64,000 nucleotides of DNA from Minisyncoccota bacterium (lineage in GTDB: Bacteria; Patescibacteriota; Minisyncoccia; Phycocordibacterales; SW-6-46-9), in assembly GCA_040905385.1 (NCBI GenBank), contig JBBDRP010000002.1:21337-85336 (forward strand), given 5' to 3'. Shown piece by piece: positions 37,366-47,699 of this stretch. Both the position numbers and the translations under genes were made by a program. Position 1 is the first letter of the stretch; every line of letters begins with the position of its first letter. Under the pieces are notes generated by a model that worked only from the letters and a program-made list of their open reading frames with translations, made no database searches and had not been told where the DNA came from.

Positions 37366-37782
37366 ATGCAACAAGAAGAAGTTCTACAAAAAGCTAAAAA
37401 GAATCTTCCGGATGAGTACGTCCAAGCTGTTATTGATCTGGAACTACCAAAAAGAATTGATAAAATCAGCGAACAATATCAGTTAAGTGATATTGAGACT
37501 GATATTCTTGATCAAGAAGTAGTGTATCTACTACTCGGAATTACTGACTCACCAACCTTTACCGACCGGTTCGGAGATATTTCTGAACTTGAAAATAACG
37601 TGCTTTTAAAAGTAATCAAATCAGTCACACGAGATATCATCATTCCACTTCAAGAAAAGTTTCAGGGTGACAATGAGGAAAACTCTACCACTAGCATGCC
37701 CGTGCCGCCGCCACCACCAGCCCCGTCAGCCGGCTACGGGGGGACAAGTGATCCGTATCGCGAACCGACCGATGATCGGTAA
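37366..37782 (+). CDS. Hypothetical protein with Pro-rich tail (DPYREP)
   Basis: Operonic ORF, 2 nt after previous stop. Confidence 0.7.
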   Translation: MQQEEVLQKAKKNLPDEYVQAVIDLELPKRIDKISEQYQLSDIETDILDQEVVYLLLGITDSPTFTDRFGDISELENNVLLKVIKSVTRDIIIPLQEKFQGDNEENSTTSMPVPPPPPAPSAGYGGTSDPYREPTDDR

Positions 37783-37829
37783 CGCGAGCATTAGGTAGAA
37801 GATGGGAGGCTTGCTAAAATAAATACTAG

Positions 37830-38306
37830 ATGCAATTCCACGTTCCACAATTTATTGATGTTGAGGATAAAATCTTTGGGCCACTGTCCTTTAGGCAGTT
37901 TGTGTACCTCATCGGTGGTGCCGGTTTCTGCGTTATTCTGTATGCTCTAATTCCGTACCGGGTTATTTCACTACCATTTATTGCAATAGTCGCTAGTTTC
38001 TCACTTGCATTATCTTTTTATGAGGTTAATGGCAAACCATTTATCTATACCGTCCAGGCCGCCTTTTCGTACATAACTAATTCACACCTCTACCTCTGGC
38101 AGCGAACAGAGCACAAGGATAAATCAAAAAAACAAATCGAGAAGGAGGCAGAAGAAATTCAGCGGGTAGTGGTCAATATGTCTTCGGATCAATCAACTGG
38201 CAGCAGGCTGGCAGACAAGGCCTTCTCGGTTGATGTCGGTGAAGATAACCAGGCAAGTGAGGAGAAAGAGCCAAAACACACGTCACCTAACCGTAGTCCA
38301 AGCTAA
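37830..38306 (+). CDS. PrgI family (VirB3-like) protein
   Basis: MQFHVPQFIDVEDKIFGPLSFRQF, two TMs. Confidence 0.85.
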   Translation: MQFHVPQFIDVEDKIFGPLSFRQFVYLIGGAGFCVILYALIPYRVISLPFIAIVASFSLALSFYEVNGKPFIYTVQAAFSYITNSHLYLWQRTEHKDKSKKQIEKEAEEIQRVVVNMSSDQSTGSRLADKAFSVDVGEDNQASEEKEPKHTSPNRSPS

Positions 38307-38308
38307 TT

Positions 38309-38971
38309 ATGGCAACCGGCAAGAAAAACTCACAGGCCTCTCAGAAATTTGTACCCATCAACGAAATTCGCGACGGTGTAGCCATTCTTGATGACGGCTC
38401 ACTACGAGCAATCCTGATGGCTTCATCGATTAACTTTGCCCTCAAATCACAGGAGGAGCAGCAAGCAGTGCTGATGCAGTTTCAAAACTTTCTCAATTCA
38501 CTTGATTTCAGCGTCCAGTTTCATATTGAGTCACGAAATCTTAACATAAAACCATACCTAGAAAGTCTTAAGAAGGAGTATCAGAAGCAGGATAACGAAC
38601 TAATGAAAACACAGATCAGTGAGTACATAGAGTTTGTGCGCACCTTTACCGAGAATACAAATGTGATGCAGAAAACTTTTTTTGTGGTAATCCCGTACAA
38701 TCGATCTGTCATTTCCAGCTCAGGTGGCATCATGGAATCAATTCAAGGTATGCTAGGGGGAAGAAGTAAAGAAGATAAAGCAACCGCCAAGGAAGAGTCA
38801 TTTCAAGAAGCACACAATCAGTTACGACAGCGAATACAGATCGTCCGTCAAGGACTAGTTCGGACCGGAGTACGCGTTACTCAACTCGGAACCGAGGAGA
38901 ATATTGAGCTCTTCTATCGACTCTTTAATCCCGGTAATCTCGAGCAGAAGATTACCGATAGTAATATATAA
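38309..38971 (+). CDS. TraC/VirB4 N-terminal-like protein
   Basis: SINFALKSQEEQ..F..FLNSLDF, FFVVIPY, between PrgI and VirB4. Confidence 0.75.
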   Translation: MATGKKNSQASQKFVPINEIRDGVAILDDGSLRAILMASSINFALKSQEEQQAVLMQFQNFLNSLDFSVQFHIESRNLNIKPYLESLKKEYQKQDNELMKTQISEYIEFVRTFTENTNVMQKTFFVVIPYNRSVISSSGGIMESIQGMLGGRSKEDKATAKEESFQEAHNQLRQRIQIVRQGLVRTGVRVTQLGTEENIELFYRLFNPGNLEQKITDSNI

Positions 38972-38977
38972 TTATTT

Positions 38978-40819
38978 ATGGCGTTATTTGATATTTTTAA
39001 AACTGATAAAAGCAATGAGGATTCACAAATGTCTAATGAGACTGAGCGTGGTGCATTTTTGCCGCATCAGGTTGAGGATACAGGATCGCTTGATCTCAAG
39101 GACGTGATTGCCCCAGCTGCCTTAAAGATAAGTCCACGGCAACTCAACCTTGGTGAAAAGATATCACGGACCTTTTTTGTAATCTCCTACCCAAGCACGC
39201 TTCCTGATAACTGGTTTTCACCAGTGATTAATCTGGATCGACTTTTTGATATATCAATATTTGTTCACCCGGTTGATACCCGTAAAATCCTGCGTCAGTT
39301 TGAGAAACGCGTTGCCGAAGTACAGAGCCAGATCAATATCCGTGAGGAAAAGGGGCTTGTTCGTGATCCAAAGCTTGATAGTGCCCACCAGAACCTTGAG
39401 CAGCTGCGTAACGACCTCCAGCAGGCCAAGGAGAAGATCTTTGATGTCGGGCTGTACATTACCATCTACGGCAAGGATGAGAACGAACTACAGAAGACTG
39501 AGTCCGAGATTCGCTCTGTACTCGAGTCACAGTTGATTTACCTAAAACCAGCCCTGTTCCAGCAGGAGGAAGGATTTCGCTCGACGCTTCCAATCAGCAA
39601 GGACGAGCTGCAGGTTCACTCTAAACTTAACTCATCACCACTCTCAAGCCTCTTTCCATTCGTGTCTTTTGACCTAACTTCTGATACGGGAATTTTGTTT
39701 GGAATTAATCGTCACAACTCCGGACTCGTACTGTTTGATCGCTTTCAGATGGAGAACTACAACTCATTGATATTTGCTACCTCTGGTGCTGGTAAATCCT
39801 ACGCCACGAAGCTGGAAATTCTTCGTAGCTTGATGTTTGATACCAATGTGATCGTTATTGACCCCGAGGACGAGTACCGTTACCTGGCTGAGGCAACCGG
39901 CGGGCGTCACTTTAATATCTCTCTGACCTCCAAACATCACATCAACCCATTTGATCTGCCGAAACCTCGACCAGACGAAAACTTTGGTGACGTGCTACGC
40001 AGTAATATTATCTCGCTGGTTGGATTGTTTCGCTTGATGTTTGATGGCCTTAGCCCAGGTGAGGACTCAATTGTTGATAAAGCTATTGCCGAGACCTATT
40101 CACTAAAGGATATTACATATGAAAGCGAGTGGAGTGAGGATATGCAGGTACCCCTACTTTCAGACTTCGAGATGGTGCTAGGGGGGATGGAAGGGGCAGA
40201 AACACTTGTCGAAAAGCTGCAGAAGTACACCGAGGGTACCTGGGCCGGCTTCCTCAACAAACCCACAAATATCGATATTGAACGTAAGTTCATCGTTTTC
40301 TCGGTACGTGATATGGAAGATGAGCTGAAGCCAATCGCGATGCATATTGTGATGCATCATCTCTGGAATGCTATCCGAAAGAACCTGCGTAAGCGATTGT
40401 TAGTAATTGATGAGGCCTGGTGGATGATGCAGTCTGATGATACGGCCAGCTTCCTGTTTAAGCTGGCAAAGCGAGGGCGTAAGTACTACCTTGGGTTGGC
40501 TACCATCACCCAGGATGTCGGCGACTTTATCAAGTCTCCGTACGGTATGCCGATTGTCAGTAACTCATCCATACAGCTTCTGATGAAGCAGTCACCGTCG
40601 GTTATTGACAAGATTCAGGAAACCTTCAATCTTACCGATGAAGAGAAGTACCTACTACTTGAGTCGGATGTAGGCGAGGGCATCTTCTTTGCTGGACGTA
40701 AGCACGTAGCATTAAAGGTTATTGCTTCGTATACCGAGGATCAGATCATCACCTCGGACCCATCACAACTAATGGACATAGAGCGTAATCGCCAGGAACT
40801 GGAGGATAGAGATGCCTAG
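38978..40819 (+). CDS. VirB4/TraC-like conjugation-type ATPase
   Basis: Walker A ATSGAGKS, IDPEDEY, INPFD, Walker B VIDEAW, RGRKY, ITQD. Confidence 0.9.
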   Translation: MALFDIFKTDKSNEDSQMSNETERGAFLPHQVEDTGSLDLKDVIAPAALKISPRQLNLGEKISRTFFVISYPSTLPDNWFSPVINLDRLFDISIFVHPVDTRKILRQFEKRVAEVQSQINIREEKGLVRDPKLDSAHQNLEQLRNDLQQAKEKIFDVGLYITIYGKDENELQKTESEIRSVLESQLIYLKPALFQQEEGFRSTLPISKDELQVHSKLNSSPLSSLFPFVSFDLTSDTGILFGINRHNSGLVLFDRFQMENYNSLIFATSGAGKSYATKLEILRSLMFDTNVIVIDPEDEYRYLAEATGGRHFNISLTSKHHINPFDLPKPRPDENFGDVLRSNIISLVGLFRLMFDGLSPGEDSIVDKAIAETYSLKDITYESEWSEDMQVPLLSDFEMVLGGMEGAETLVEKLQKYTEGTWAGFLNKPTNIDIERKFIVFSVRDMEDELKPIAMHIVMHHLWNAIRKNLRKRLLVIDEAWWMMQSDDTASFLFKLAKRGRKYYLGLATITQDVGDFIKSPYGMPIVSNSSIQLLMKQSPSVIDKIQETFNLTDEEKYLLLESDVGEGIFFAGRKHVALKVIASYTEDQIITSDPSQLMDIERNRQELEDRDA

Positions 40820-40849
40820 CACATTTACGGTATAATACAGTTACCTCCT

Positions 40850-41314
40850 ATGGATACAGCCAAGTTAAAATCAGCAGTAAAGACAGGGTTGGGCTGGTGG
40901 GCCAAGACCGAAGGCTACCGTGGACACCTGTTTGTTGCCCTTGTTTTCGACCTGCTTTCGATGATTCCGTGGGTGGGAATGATCTTTTCCTTTTTAGGAT
41001 ACGCAATTCTTTGGCTTTGGTTTGAGATGGGCGGAATTAATCCCAGCCTTTTTTCAGGACGAAAGAAGGCGAAGAAAGCGGCTTCTTTTATAAGTGAGTG
41101 GCTATTTGGACTTATTGGTCTGGGAATATTTCCCGGAATCATGATGTGGACCTACTTTGCTGTCAGTGAACACAAGGAAGAACAGGTAGAAAAACAGGAG
41201 GCTACTATGAAGCAGGTCCAGGAAAAGCTTGTTAAGCAATCACAGGAAAGCAACCGACGTATCCAGGAAGTAAATACACATAAACGTCGGGCAAAGACCT
41301 CAGCCTATCAGTAG
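40850..41314 (+). CDS. Membrane protein, hypothetical
   Basis: Hydrophobic segments, within cluster. Confidence 0.65.
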   Translation: MDTAKLKSAVKTGLGWWAKTEGYRGHLFVALVFDLLSMIPWVGMIFSFLGYAILWLWFEMGGINPSLFSGRKKAKKAASFISEWLFGLIGLGIFPGIMMWTYFAVSEHKEEQVEKQEATMKQVQEKLVKQSQESNRRIQEVNTHKRRAKTSAYQ

Positions 41315-41317
41315 ATT

Positions 41318-42322
41318 ATGAAAATATTTTTCAATACATTAGTATTCGTTACTATATTTGGACTAGTATTAATTCTAGCTCCAGTGGTAGTTACCGGTCA
41401 ATCAATATTTAGCCCCTCTACTGACACAATCGGCCTTTCCCAGTCACCACGCTTTCCGGAACCAAATGAAACCATTACACTATCAGTGGTCAGTCGAGTT
41501 ATCAATCTAAATAATAAGCAGACGGTGTGGCAGATAGATGGTGAAACAGTTTCGTCTGGAACCGGGGTGCTAGAAATCGATGTCGAGCTTGGTGGTAGCG
41601 GGGAAACAACCCAGGTTGATTTTCGCGTAATTGTTGAAGGTGAGGTCGTGCAGCGTACTGCCAACCTTTCACCAGTTGATGTTAATCTTGTCTGGGAGGC
41701 AATTGAGTCTTATACGCCACCATTTTATGGAGGAAAAGCCCTTAATCCAGGCTGGGGAAAGATTCGTATTACCGCTCTTCCACATGTATACCGAGAGGAT
41801 GGTCAATTGTACGATGCTCAGAATCTTATCTACAAATGGGAGTATAATGGACTTGTGCATGGAGATGATTCCGGTCGCGGTAAGGATTCGTTTTTAATAA
41901 ACACCGTACCACGTCGGGGTAATAGGGTAACAGTAGAGATTGAAACCCTGGATGGAAATATGGTAGCCCGAAGATCTGTCGGATTACCAATAAGCGAACC
42001 GGAGATTGTGCTATATCCGTATAATATCCTGTTTGGGCCGCAAGGAAATCTGGCCTTAGACAACACTCAGGAGCTCAATACTGATGAAGAGATTGAGCTA
42101 ATTGCGTATCCATACTTTTACCTTACAGATAGTGATGTTGCTGACTTTATCGAGTATCATTGGCGGATGAATGGGGAATCATTAACACCACCAGAGGATA
42201 AAAATATCATCCGACTCCGTCGTCAGAGCGGAGTCAGTGGCGAAGCACGTATTGATGTCAGAGTCCAAGATACATCATCCATCTTCTCCACTAAATCAGC
42301 CGGGGTTAATCTTCAATTTTAA
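41318..42322 (+). CDS. Secreted Ig-like beta-sandwich protein
   Basis: Signal/TM, WEA.SYTPPFY.GK, Y.W..NG repeats. Confidence 0.7.
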   Translation: MKIFFNTLVFVTIFGLVLILAPVVVTGQSIFSPSTDTIGLSQSPRFPEPNETITLSVVSRVINLNNKQTVWQIDGETVSSGTGVLEIDVELGGSGETTQVDFRVIVEGEVVQRTANLSPVDVNLVWEAIESYTPPFYGGKALNPGWGKIRITALPHVYREDGQLYDAQNLIYKWEYNGLVHGDDSGRGKDSFLINTVPRRGNRVTVEIETLDGNMVARRSVGLPISEPEIVLYPYNILFGPQGNLALDNTQELNTDEEIELIAYPYFYLTDSDVADFIEYHWRMNGESLTPPEDKNIIRLRRQSGVSGEARIDVRVQDTSSIFSTKSAGVNLQF

Positions 42323-42324
42323 TC

Positions 42325-43287
42325 ATGAAACCTCTTTCACAACTTTTTACCATCATACTCACTACTACTTTAGTATTTTTTCTAATTCTGCCAATGATTG
42401 CTGGTATCGGAACATCCAGCGCAGACATTGAAATACTTCCAGTAGCTGAAGCCCAAGAAGATACTGACTACAAATTCCTTGCCCCGATTGGAGGCTTTGG
42501 GGAAAGCGTCGATGTTACCAGCACATCCAGCTTTACCAACTACATTCAAAATGGGATAACTATCATGATTGGATTTGCCATCATGGCCGCAATTGTACTG
42601 ATTATCGCCGCCGGTTTCCGTTACATGACCAGCGTCTCGCAAAGTGGAGTTAGTCAGGCAAAGAAGACGATGAGTAACGCCATTCTTGGGCTGATTCTAG
42701 CCCTAACCGCCGTACTGATACTCCAGACTATTAACCCTGACCTGGTTGAGCTTAACGCCGTTAAGACCGTCACCACGAGTGGAAGTAGTTTTGATGATCA
42801 CTTACAAACTGGCGGCTTTGAAAGCAGTAATGTAGTTAGTGAATCCATCATCGATGGTCCTGAGGACAGGAGAGGTAATCAGCACTGCTACCGTGTTGAT
42901 GGTGAGTGGGCTGATTGGACGCATGATCGATTCTACTGTTACCACACCGAAGAAAATTGTGAGGATGGTTACAGTGAAGCTCAACAAAGCTATCCTGGAT
43001 CAATAGATCATGGGTGTACTTATTATTATGGATCTGAAGGTACGTTATTTTCTACTGAGTATGGACAATTTAATGAGTTAGAGAGTGGTATAAATGGTGT
43101 ATCTACAGAAAGTGGATTTGCTGCAGTTGAAGATTGTGAGCAGGAAGTAGAGAATATAGCCGTTGGTAAAGATGCAGCAACGCAAGAATATAATTATGAA
43201 CAATGTGTGACATTTTCTGGTGGAATTGAAAGATTCGATACTGATAATTGTTCTATTGTATGTACTGAAGAGGTTGATGAAATATAA
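42325..43287 (+). CDS. CPR pilin (VirB2/TrbC-like) with Cys-rich C-terminal extension
   Basis: AGFRYMTS......AKK...NAILGLILAL....ILQTINP. Confidence 0.8.
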   Translation: MKPLSQLFTIILTTTLVFFLILPMIAGIGTSSADIEILPVAEAQEDTDYKFLAPIGGFGESVDVTSTSSFTNYIQNGITIMIGFAIMAAIVLIIAAGFRYMTSVSQSGVSQAKKTMSNAILGLILALTAVLILQTINPDLVELNAVKTVTTSGSSFDDHLQTGGFESSNVVSESIIDGPEDRRGNQHCYRVDGEWADWTHDRFYCYHTEENCEDGYSEAQQSYPGSIDHGCTYYYGSEGTLFSTEYGQFNELESGINGVSTESGFAAVEDCEQEVENIAVGKDAATQEYNYEQCVTFSGGIERFDTDNCSIVCTEEVDEI

Positions 43288-43330
43288 AAAACATAGTTAT
43301 TTTTATCGCTGTTTTTATAATAAATAAGTC

Positions 43331-44569
43331 ATGAAAACCTGGCAGAAAATTACAATTATTCTTCTTATCCTGGCACTAATCGGTATTTTAGTGTTCCTAT
43401 ACTTTTACGGAGCATCAACCACCAACCCAGACGACCCAGACGGCGTTCAGAACCCCGTATTTCCATTTGAACCACCAGTAGGTGATGATGGTGATGATTT
43501 CTTTTCCGGAGACAGTGGTGACCCATCAGATGATGATGAAGAAAATGATCCAGAAGAGAAAGACCGGCTTTGGCGAGTAAGCGACCGTCCAGTAGCTGGT
43601 AGTGGGTGGGTGACACGAGAAGATGGTTCCCAAGCTATCTGGTACGTACTCAAAGAGAATGGTCACGTCTACGAGCATGATATCGAGAATCGTGCGTCTA
43701 CTCGGCTAACGAATACCACTATTCCGCGTGTACAAGAGGCTATTATTAGCCCGAATGGGGAACATGTTATATATCGCTACATCGATATCGAGAGCCGTAA
43801 CATAAAAACCTTTCTTGCGACGACCGAAAGAACTCCTGATGGAGAGACACTGTACAGCATTGACGGTTCATTTCTTCCTGATAACCTCACCGAGGTTAAT
43901 CTCTCACCAGATGGAAATCGTATTTTCAGCTTTCAAAATACAACAGATGGTGTAATTGGTGTGCTTTACAATATCACCACTGATGAAGGAGAGGTTTTTT
44001 TTGATTCGCCACTACAGGAATGGCGTAGTGAATGGAATCATAGTGATCTGATTACGATTTTTACCAAGCCTGCCGCGGGAGTTACTGGAGTTGCCTACCA
44101 GTTAAACACTACTTCAGGTGAAAAAACGAAGATAATTGATGGATCTGCTCTCACCGCCAGCCTGCACCCAAGTAATCAGTATCTTCTGACTGGAAAACAA
44201 GAAAGTGGTAGTTACCGTAGTCGATTGTATGAAATGGATGATCTAACAAGTAATGTAATGTCACCAGCTACACTGGTTGAGAAGTGTAATTGGAGCGATG
44301 ATGAACTATTCTGTGGAATTCCAAATAATCTTCCAAATAAACCATTAAAAGACTGGTATCAAGGAAAAATAAATTTTTCTGACCAACTAGTTTCTTTTCA
44401 TCTAGCCACTCGTAATCAAGATCGCATCTTCACCGAGGAAGAGTTAAACAAAGGGCCTTTCGATATAATTAAAATTAGTCCAGCTAATAATACTGAGCAT
44501 TTAATATTTACAAACCACCGAAATAATGATCTCTGGGCAATTGATCTAGAAAATGATCAAGAAAACTAA
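43331..44569 (+). CDS. Membrane-anchored beta-propeller-like protein
   Basis: N-terminal TM, acidic linker, SPNG/SPDG repeats. Confidence 0.7.
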   Translation: MKTWQKITIILLILALIGILVFLYFYGASTTNPDDPDGVQNPVFPFEPPVGDDGDDFFSGDSGDPSDDDEENDPEEKDRLWRVSDRPVAGSGWVTREDGSQAIWYVLKENGHVYEHDIENRASTRLTNTTIPRVQEAIISPNGEHVIYRYIDIESRNIKTFLATTERTPDGETLYSIDGSFLPDNLTEVNLSPDGNRIFSFQNTTDGVIGVLYNITTDEGEVFFDSPLQEWRSEWNHSDLITIFTKPAAGVTGVAYQLNTTSGEKTKIIDGSALTASLHPSNQYLLTGKQESGSYRSRLYEMDDLTSNVMSPATLVEKCNWSDDELFCGIPNNLPNKPLKDWYQGKINFSDQLVSFHLATRNQDRIFTEEELNKGPFDIIKISPANNTEHLIFTNHRNNDLWAIDLENDQEN

Positions 44570-45363
44570 TCAGACTCCTTCTTTGATTCTTCCGTAGCAC
44601 TTTCTGTATTAATGACCTTGTTTACGTACACCGTCTGCAGTGCCTGAAAGAGGTTTGAGGTAGCCCAGTAGACCGCGATTACCGCCGGGAGAGAGTAGGA
44701 GATTGCAAACACAACCCCAGGAAGAATGTAGGTCAGCTTTCCACCGATTGTGTCCTTGAACTCATCTATAAATGTTTCTTGACCCTTAGCTGATTTCTCC
44801 TCAGGCTTTTCGTCGCTTTCTGGCTTCTTGTCGGAAAGTTTATTACTTATCCAGCTTTGTAGGTACTGAGAAGCACCGGCAATTGCTGCAAATATAATGC
44901 TTCTTTCTGCTAGATCTGTACCAAGAAAAGTCATGTTCACCATCTCTGGAATCTGCACAAAGCTGTAAATAATATCCATGTTCACCTCCGGTAGTCCACC
45001 GTTAAAGAATACATAATATAAGGCAATAATAATTGGAAACTGAATCAGAATGATCAGAATTCCAGCAAAGGGATTTACGTTGTGCTCGGCGTAGGCCTCC
45101 ATCATTTTCTGCGCCTGCTTCTCTTTATCATCGCCGTATTTTTCCTTAATCTCATCAATGTGCGGCTTTACCTGCTTCATGGTCTGTTGAGTTCGTACAG
45201 ACTTAATAGACAGGGGTAGTAGTATAAATTTAACCGCTAGTGTAATCAAAATAACCGCCAGACCAACACTTCCGCCGGGAATAATATCAATAAAAAACAC
45301 CAATCCGTTATAGATCGGTTCGTACAATATTGTTGAGAAAAATCCTTTAATAGCACTCCACAT
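44566..45363 (-). CDS. yidC: Membrane protein insertase YidC
   Basis: GLAVILITLAVKFILLPL, NPFAG, IQFPI, YWATSNLFQ. Confidence 0.95.
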   Translation of the reverse strand: MWSAIKGFFSTILYEPIYNGLVFFIDIIPGGSVGLAVILITLAVKFILLPLSIKSVRTQQTMKQVKPHIDEIKEKYGDDKEKQAQKMMEAYAEHNVNPFAGILIILIQFPIIIALYYVFFNGGLPEVNMDIIYSFVQIPEMVNMTFLGTDLAERSIIFAAIAGASQYLQSWISNKLSDKKPESDEKPEEKSAKGQETFIDEFKDTIGGKLTYILPGVVFAISYSLPAVIAVYWATSNLFQALQTVYVNKVINTESATEESKKESD

Positions 45364-45370
45364 AGTAAAT

Positions 45371-45448
45371 AATTTCTAATTAATAATTTCTAATGTCTAA
45401 TACTCAATCTCTTACGTTTCAGAAATTAGATATTAGAGATTAGACATT
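45371..45448. repeat. Heptamer repeat tract with inverted arms
   Basis: TTTCTAA TGTCTAA TACTCAA ... TTAGATA TTAGAGA TTAGACA. Confidence 0.6.
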
Positions 45449-45470
45449 CTGCGCTTGCACACTTTTATTA

Positions 45471-45803
45471 CTATACACTATCGAGACGGTTAATCATCTT
45501 TTTAACACTGCTGTCGAGAAGGGAGGAGTCAGCGTCAGTGGCCTCAGCCGGAAGAAACCAGATGATCCAAAATCCGTCCGGTATATCTGAGAAGTATTTC
45601 TCAATGGTGCCATATCCACGCCGCCGAATACGATTTCTATGAGCACTATACTTTGTATCTCTTCTTGAAGTCGTACAGGAAACTCTCTTATCATCATTAT
45701 TTTTCAGCATTTTGAAGTATCCAACCGTTGATTTGACATTTTTACCGTTTTTATAAACCAAATCAAACTCTTCTTTGGTTAATCGCTGTTTTTTCTCAAG
45801 CAT
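45471..45803 (-). CDS. rnpA: Ribonuclease P protein component
   Basis: MLEKKQRL...F..V.K.G, SAHRNRIRRR (RNR motif), synteny with yidC/dnaA. Confidence 0.85.
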   Translation of the reverse strand: MLEKKQRLTKEEFDLVYKNGKNVKSTVGYFKMLKNNDDKRVSCTTSRRDTKYSAHRNRIRRRGYGTIEKYFSDIPDGFWIIWFLPAEATDADSSLLDSSVKKMINRLDSV

Positions 45804-45990
45804 ATTACCTTATATAGTAACGGAAAAAACCCTAGTAATAAAGATTTTGTATTTTTATGATTTGTAATCTATTGGTTAGTAGGGCGCAGTACGAATTTTT
45901 TTGTGGATTAAAAAAAGTGGTGATACGATGTTATACACAGCCCTTTGAAGATGTCCACAGCTTCTGAATGTAAGTGGAAAACACGATTTT

Positions 45991-47367
45991 ATGGCAGAAA
46001 AAACTATTTTAGATAAAAATAAACTATGGGAGCAGGTACTTGTGGAGATTGAGCTCTCTACATCCAAAGCAAATTTTAATACCTGGTTTGCTGATACTAC
46101 TATCCTCCGCCGAGAGGAGGGAACAATATATATTGGTGTTCCAAATGAGTTTGTACGTACGTGGTTGATTGAAAAATATGACAAAAAAATAAAAAGTTTA
46201 ATTCGAGAACTTACTAGTGATGTTCAGCGTGTAAAGTATGAAGTAGGTAACACTAAAAATTCTAAAACAGTAGATAGTAATAATGATAGTGTAGTTAAGT
46301 TACAAAAAAATAGTAGTAGTGAGGAAGGACAGTTACTATTAACTGAATCAGTAGATAAAAATAATAATCTTAACCCACGTTACTCTTTTGAGTCTTTTGT
46401 GGTTGGATCATTTAATGAACTGGCTCATGCTGCCAGTCAGGCGGTGGTTAAGCAGCCAGGATCGGCCTATAACCCACTGTTTATATACGGAAAAACTGGA
46501 TTTGGAAAAACACATCTTATTCAAGCAATTGGAAATCATTTTATTCAAAATAGTGATAAAAAAGCCTTTTACCTTACTTCAGAAAAATTTGCTGTTGATT
46601 ACATTAACTCGGTAAAAAATAATAAGGTTAATCAATTTAAAGAGAAGTACCGGCAGTATGATTGCTTAATCATGGATGATATTCAATTTCTCTCTAAGAA
46701 AGAAAAAACTCAAGAAGAATTATTTCACCTCTTTAATACACTTTTTGATAATAATAAGCAGATTATCTTTTCTTCAGATATGCACCCTAATTATCTTAAA
46801 GATATGGAGGACCGGTTGAAGTCACGTTTTAATGCCGGAATGATTGTTGATATTTCTCCTCCAGAGCATGAGTCACGAGTTGCTATATTAAAAAAGAAGG
46901 CTAAAGAGAAGGATATTTCACTTTCAGAAGATGTGTTAGATTATGTCGCTAACTCAATTAAGAGAAATATTCGTGAGTTAGAAGGAGCTTTGAATGCGAT
47001 TGCTATCCAGTCAGAGTTATCAGGTGGTAATCTTACTTTGGTGGATATTAAACGCCTTATAAAGGACAATGTGAGTTCACAGAAGGTAGTTAATATTGAG
47101 GATATAATTCAGACTGTTAGTAATTTTTATAATATTGAAGAGGAGAAAATTTACTCAAAAACACGTAAGCGAGAAATTGTAAAACCACGTCAAGTGGTAA
47201 TGTTCATCTTACGAGAGGATTTTAGTTTTGCGTACCCAGCCATAGGGGAGAAGATCGGGGGACGTGATCACACAACCGTTATTCATTCTTATAAGAAAAT
47301 AAAAGAAGAGTTGAAAACTGATGGTGATTTAGTCTCGGAACTTAATCAAATTCGTTCACTTCTGTAA
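45991..47367 (+). CDS. dnaA: Chromosomal replication initiator DnaA
   Basis: YNPLFIYGKTGFGKTHL, DDIQFL, QEELFH.FN, RELEGAL, GRDHTTVIHS. Confidence 0.98.
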   Translation: MAEKTILDKNKLWEQVLVEIELSTSKANFNTWFADTTILRREEGTIYIGVPNEFVRTWLIEKYDKKIKSLIRELTSDVQRVKYEVGNTKNSKTVDSNNDSVVKLQKNSSSEEGQLLLTESVDKNNNLNPRYSFESFVVGSFNELAHAASQAVVKQPGSAYNPLFIYGKTGFGKTHLIQAIGNHFIQNSDKKAFYLTSEKFAVDYINSVKNNKVNQFKEKYRQYDCLIMDDIQFLSKKEKTQEELFHLFNTLFDNNKQIIFSSDMHPNYLKDMEDRLKSRFNAGMIVDISPPEHESRVAILKKKAKEKDISLSEDVLDYVANSIKRNIRELEGALNAIAIQSELSGGNLTLVDIKRLIKDNVSSQKVVNIEDIIQTVSNFYNIEEEKIYSKTRKREIVKPRQVVMFILREDFSFAYPAIGEKIGGRDHTTVIHSYKKIKEELKTDGDLVSELNQIRSLL

Positions 47368-47699
47368 TTTAATTATATAAGTGTTGATATATCCGTGGAT
47401 AAGTTATGTATAACATTATTATTATGTGTTTATAATCTGTTATATGTTTGTTGTTTTTCCACAATATAAATTGGCTATTAAAAGTTGTGCGAGCTTTTAG
47501 TGTGGTTTTACTATTTGATTAAAAGAATAAATTCATTACTTTAAAAGGCTGTGTGTAGAGGTATGTATTAATTCATACACATAATCCACCACCTTAATAA
47601 TAAATATAGTTTATTTAAATAATAAGTACTTCTTTATTTTATACAGTTGTATATAGATCGGGAGTAGAGAAAAAAAGGTGCTTATGTCACAATAGATGT
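47368..47699. other. Probable oriC (AT-rich dnaA-dnaN spacer)
   Basis: DnaA-box variants CGTGGATAA, TTTTCCACA, TCATACACA. Further box TTATACACA at 45931 upstream of dnaA. Confidence 0.65.

Noticed and set aside
31170-44569. Integrated conjugative element or prophage
   Set aside because: No integrase, relaxase, att repeats or phage structural genes; embedded in core synteny next to the origin genes.
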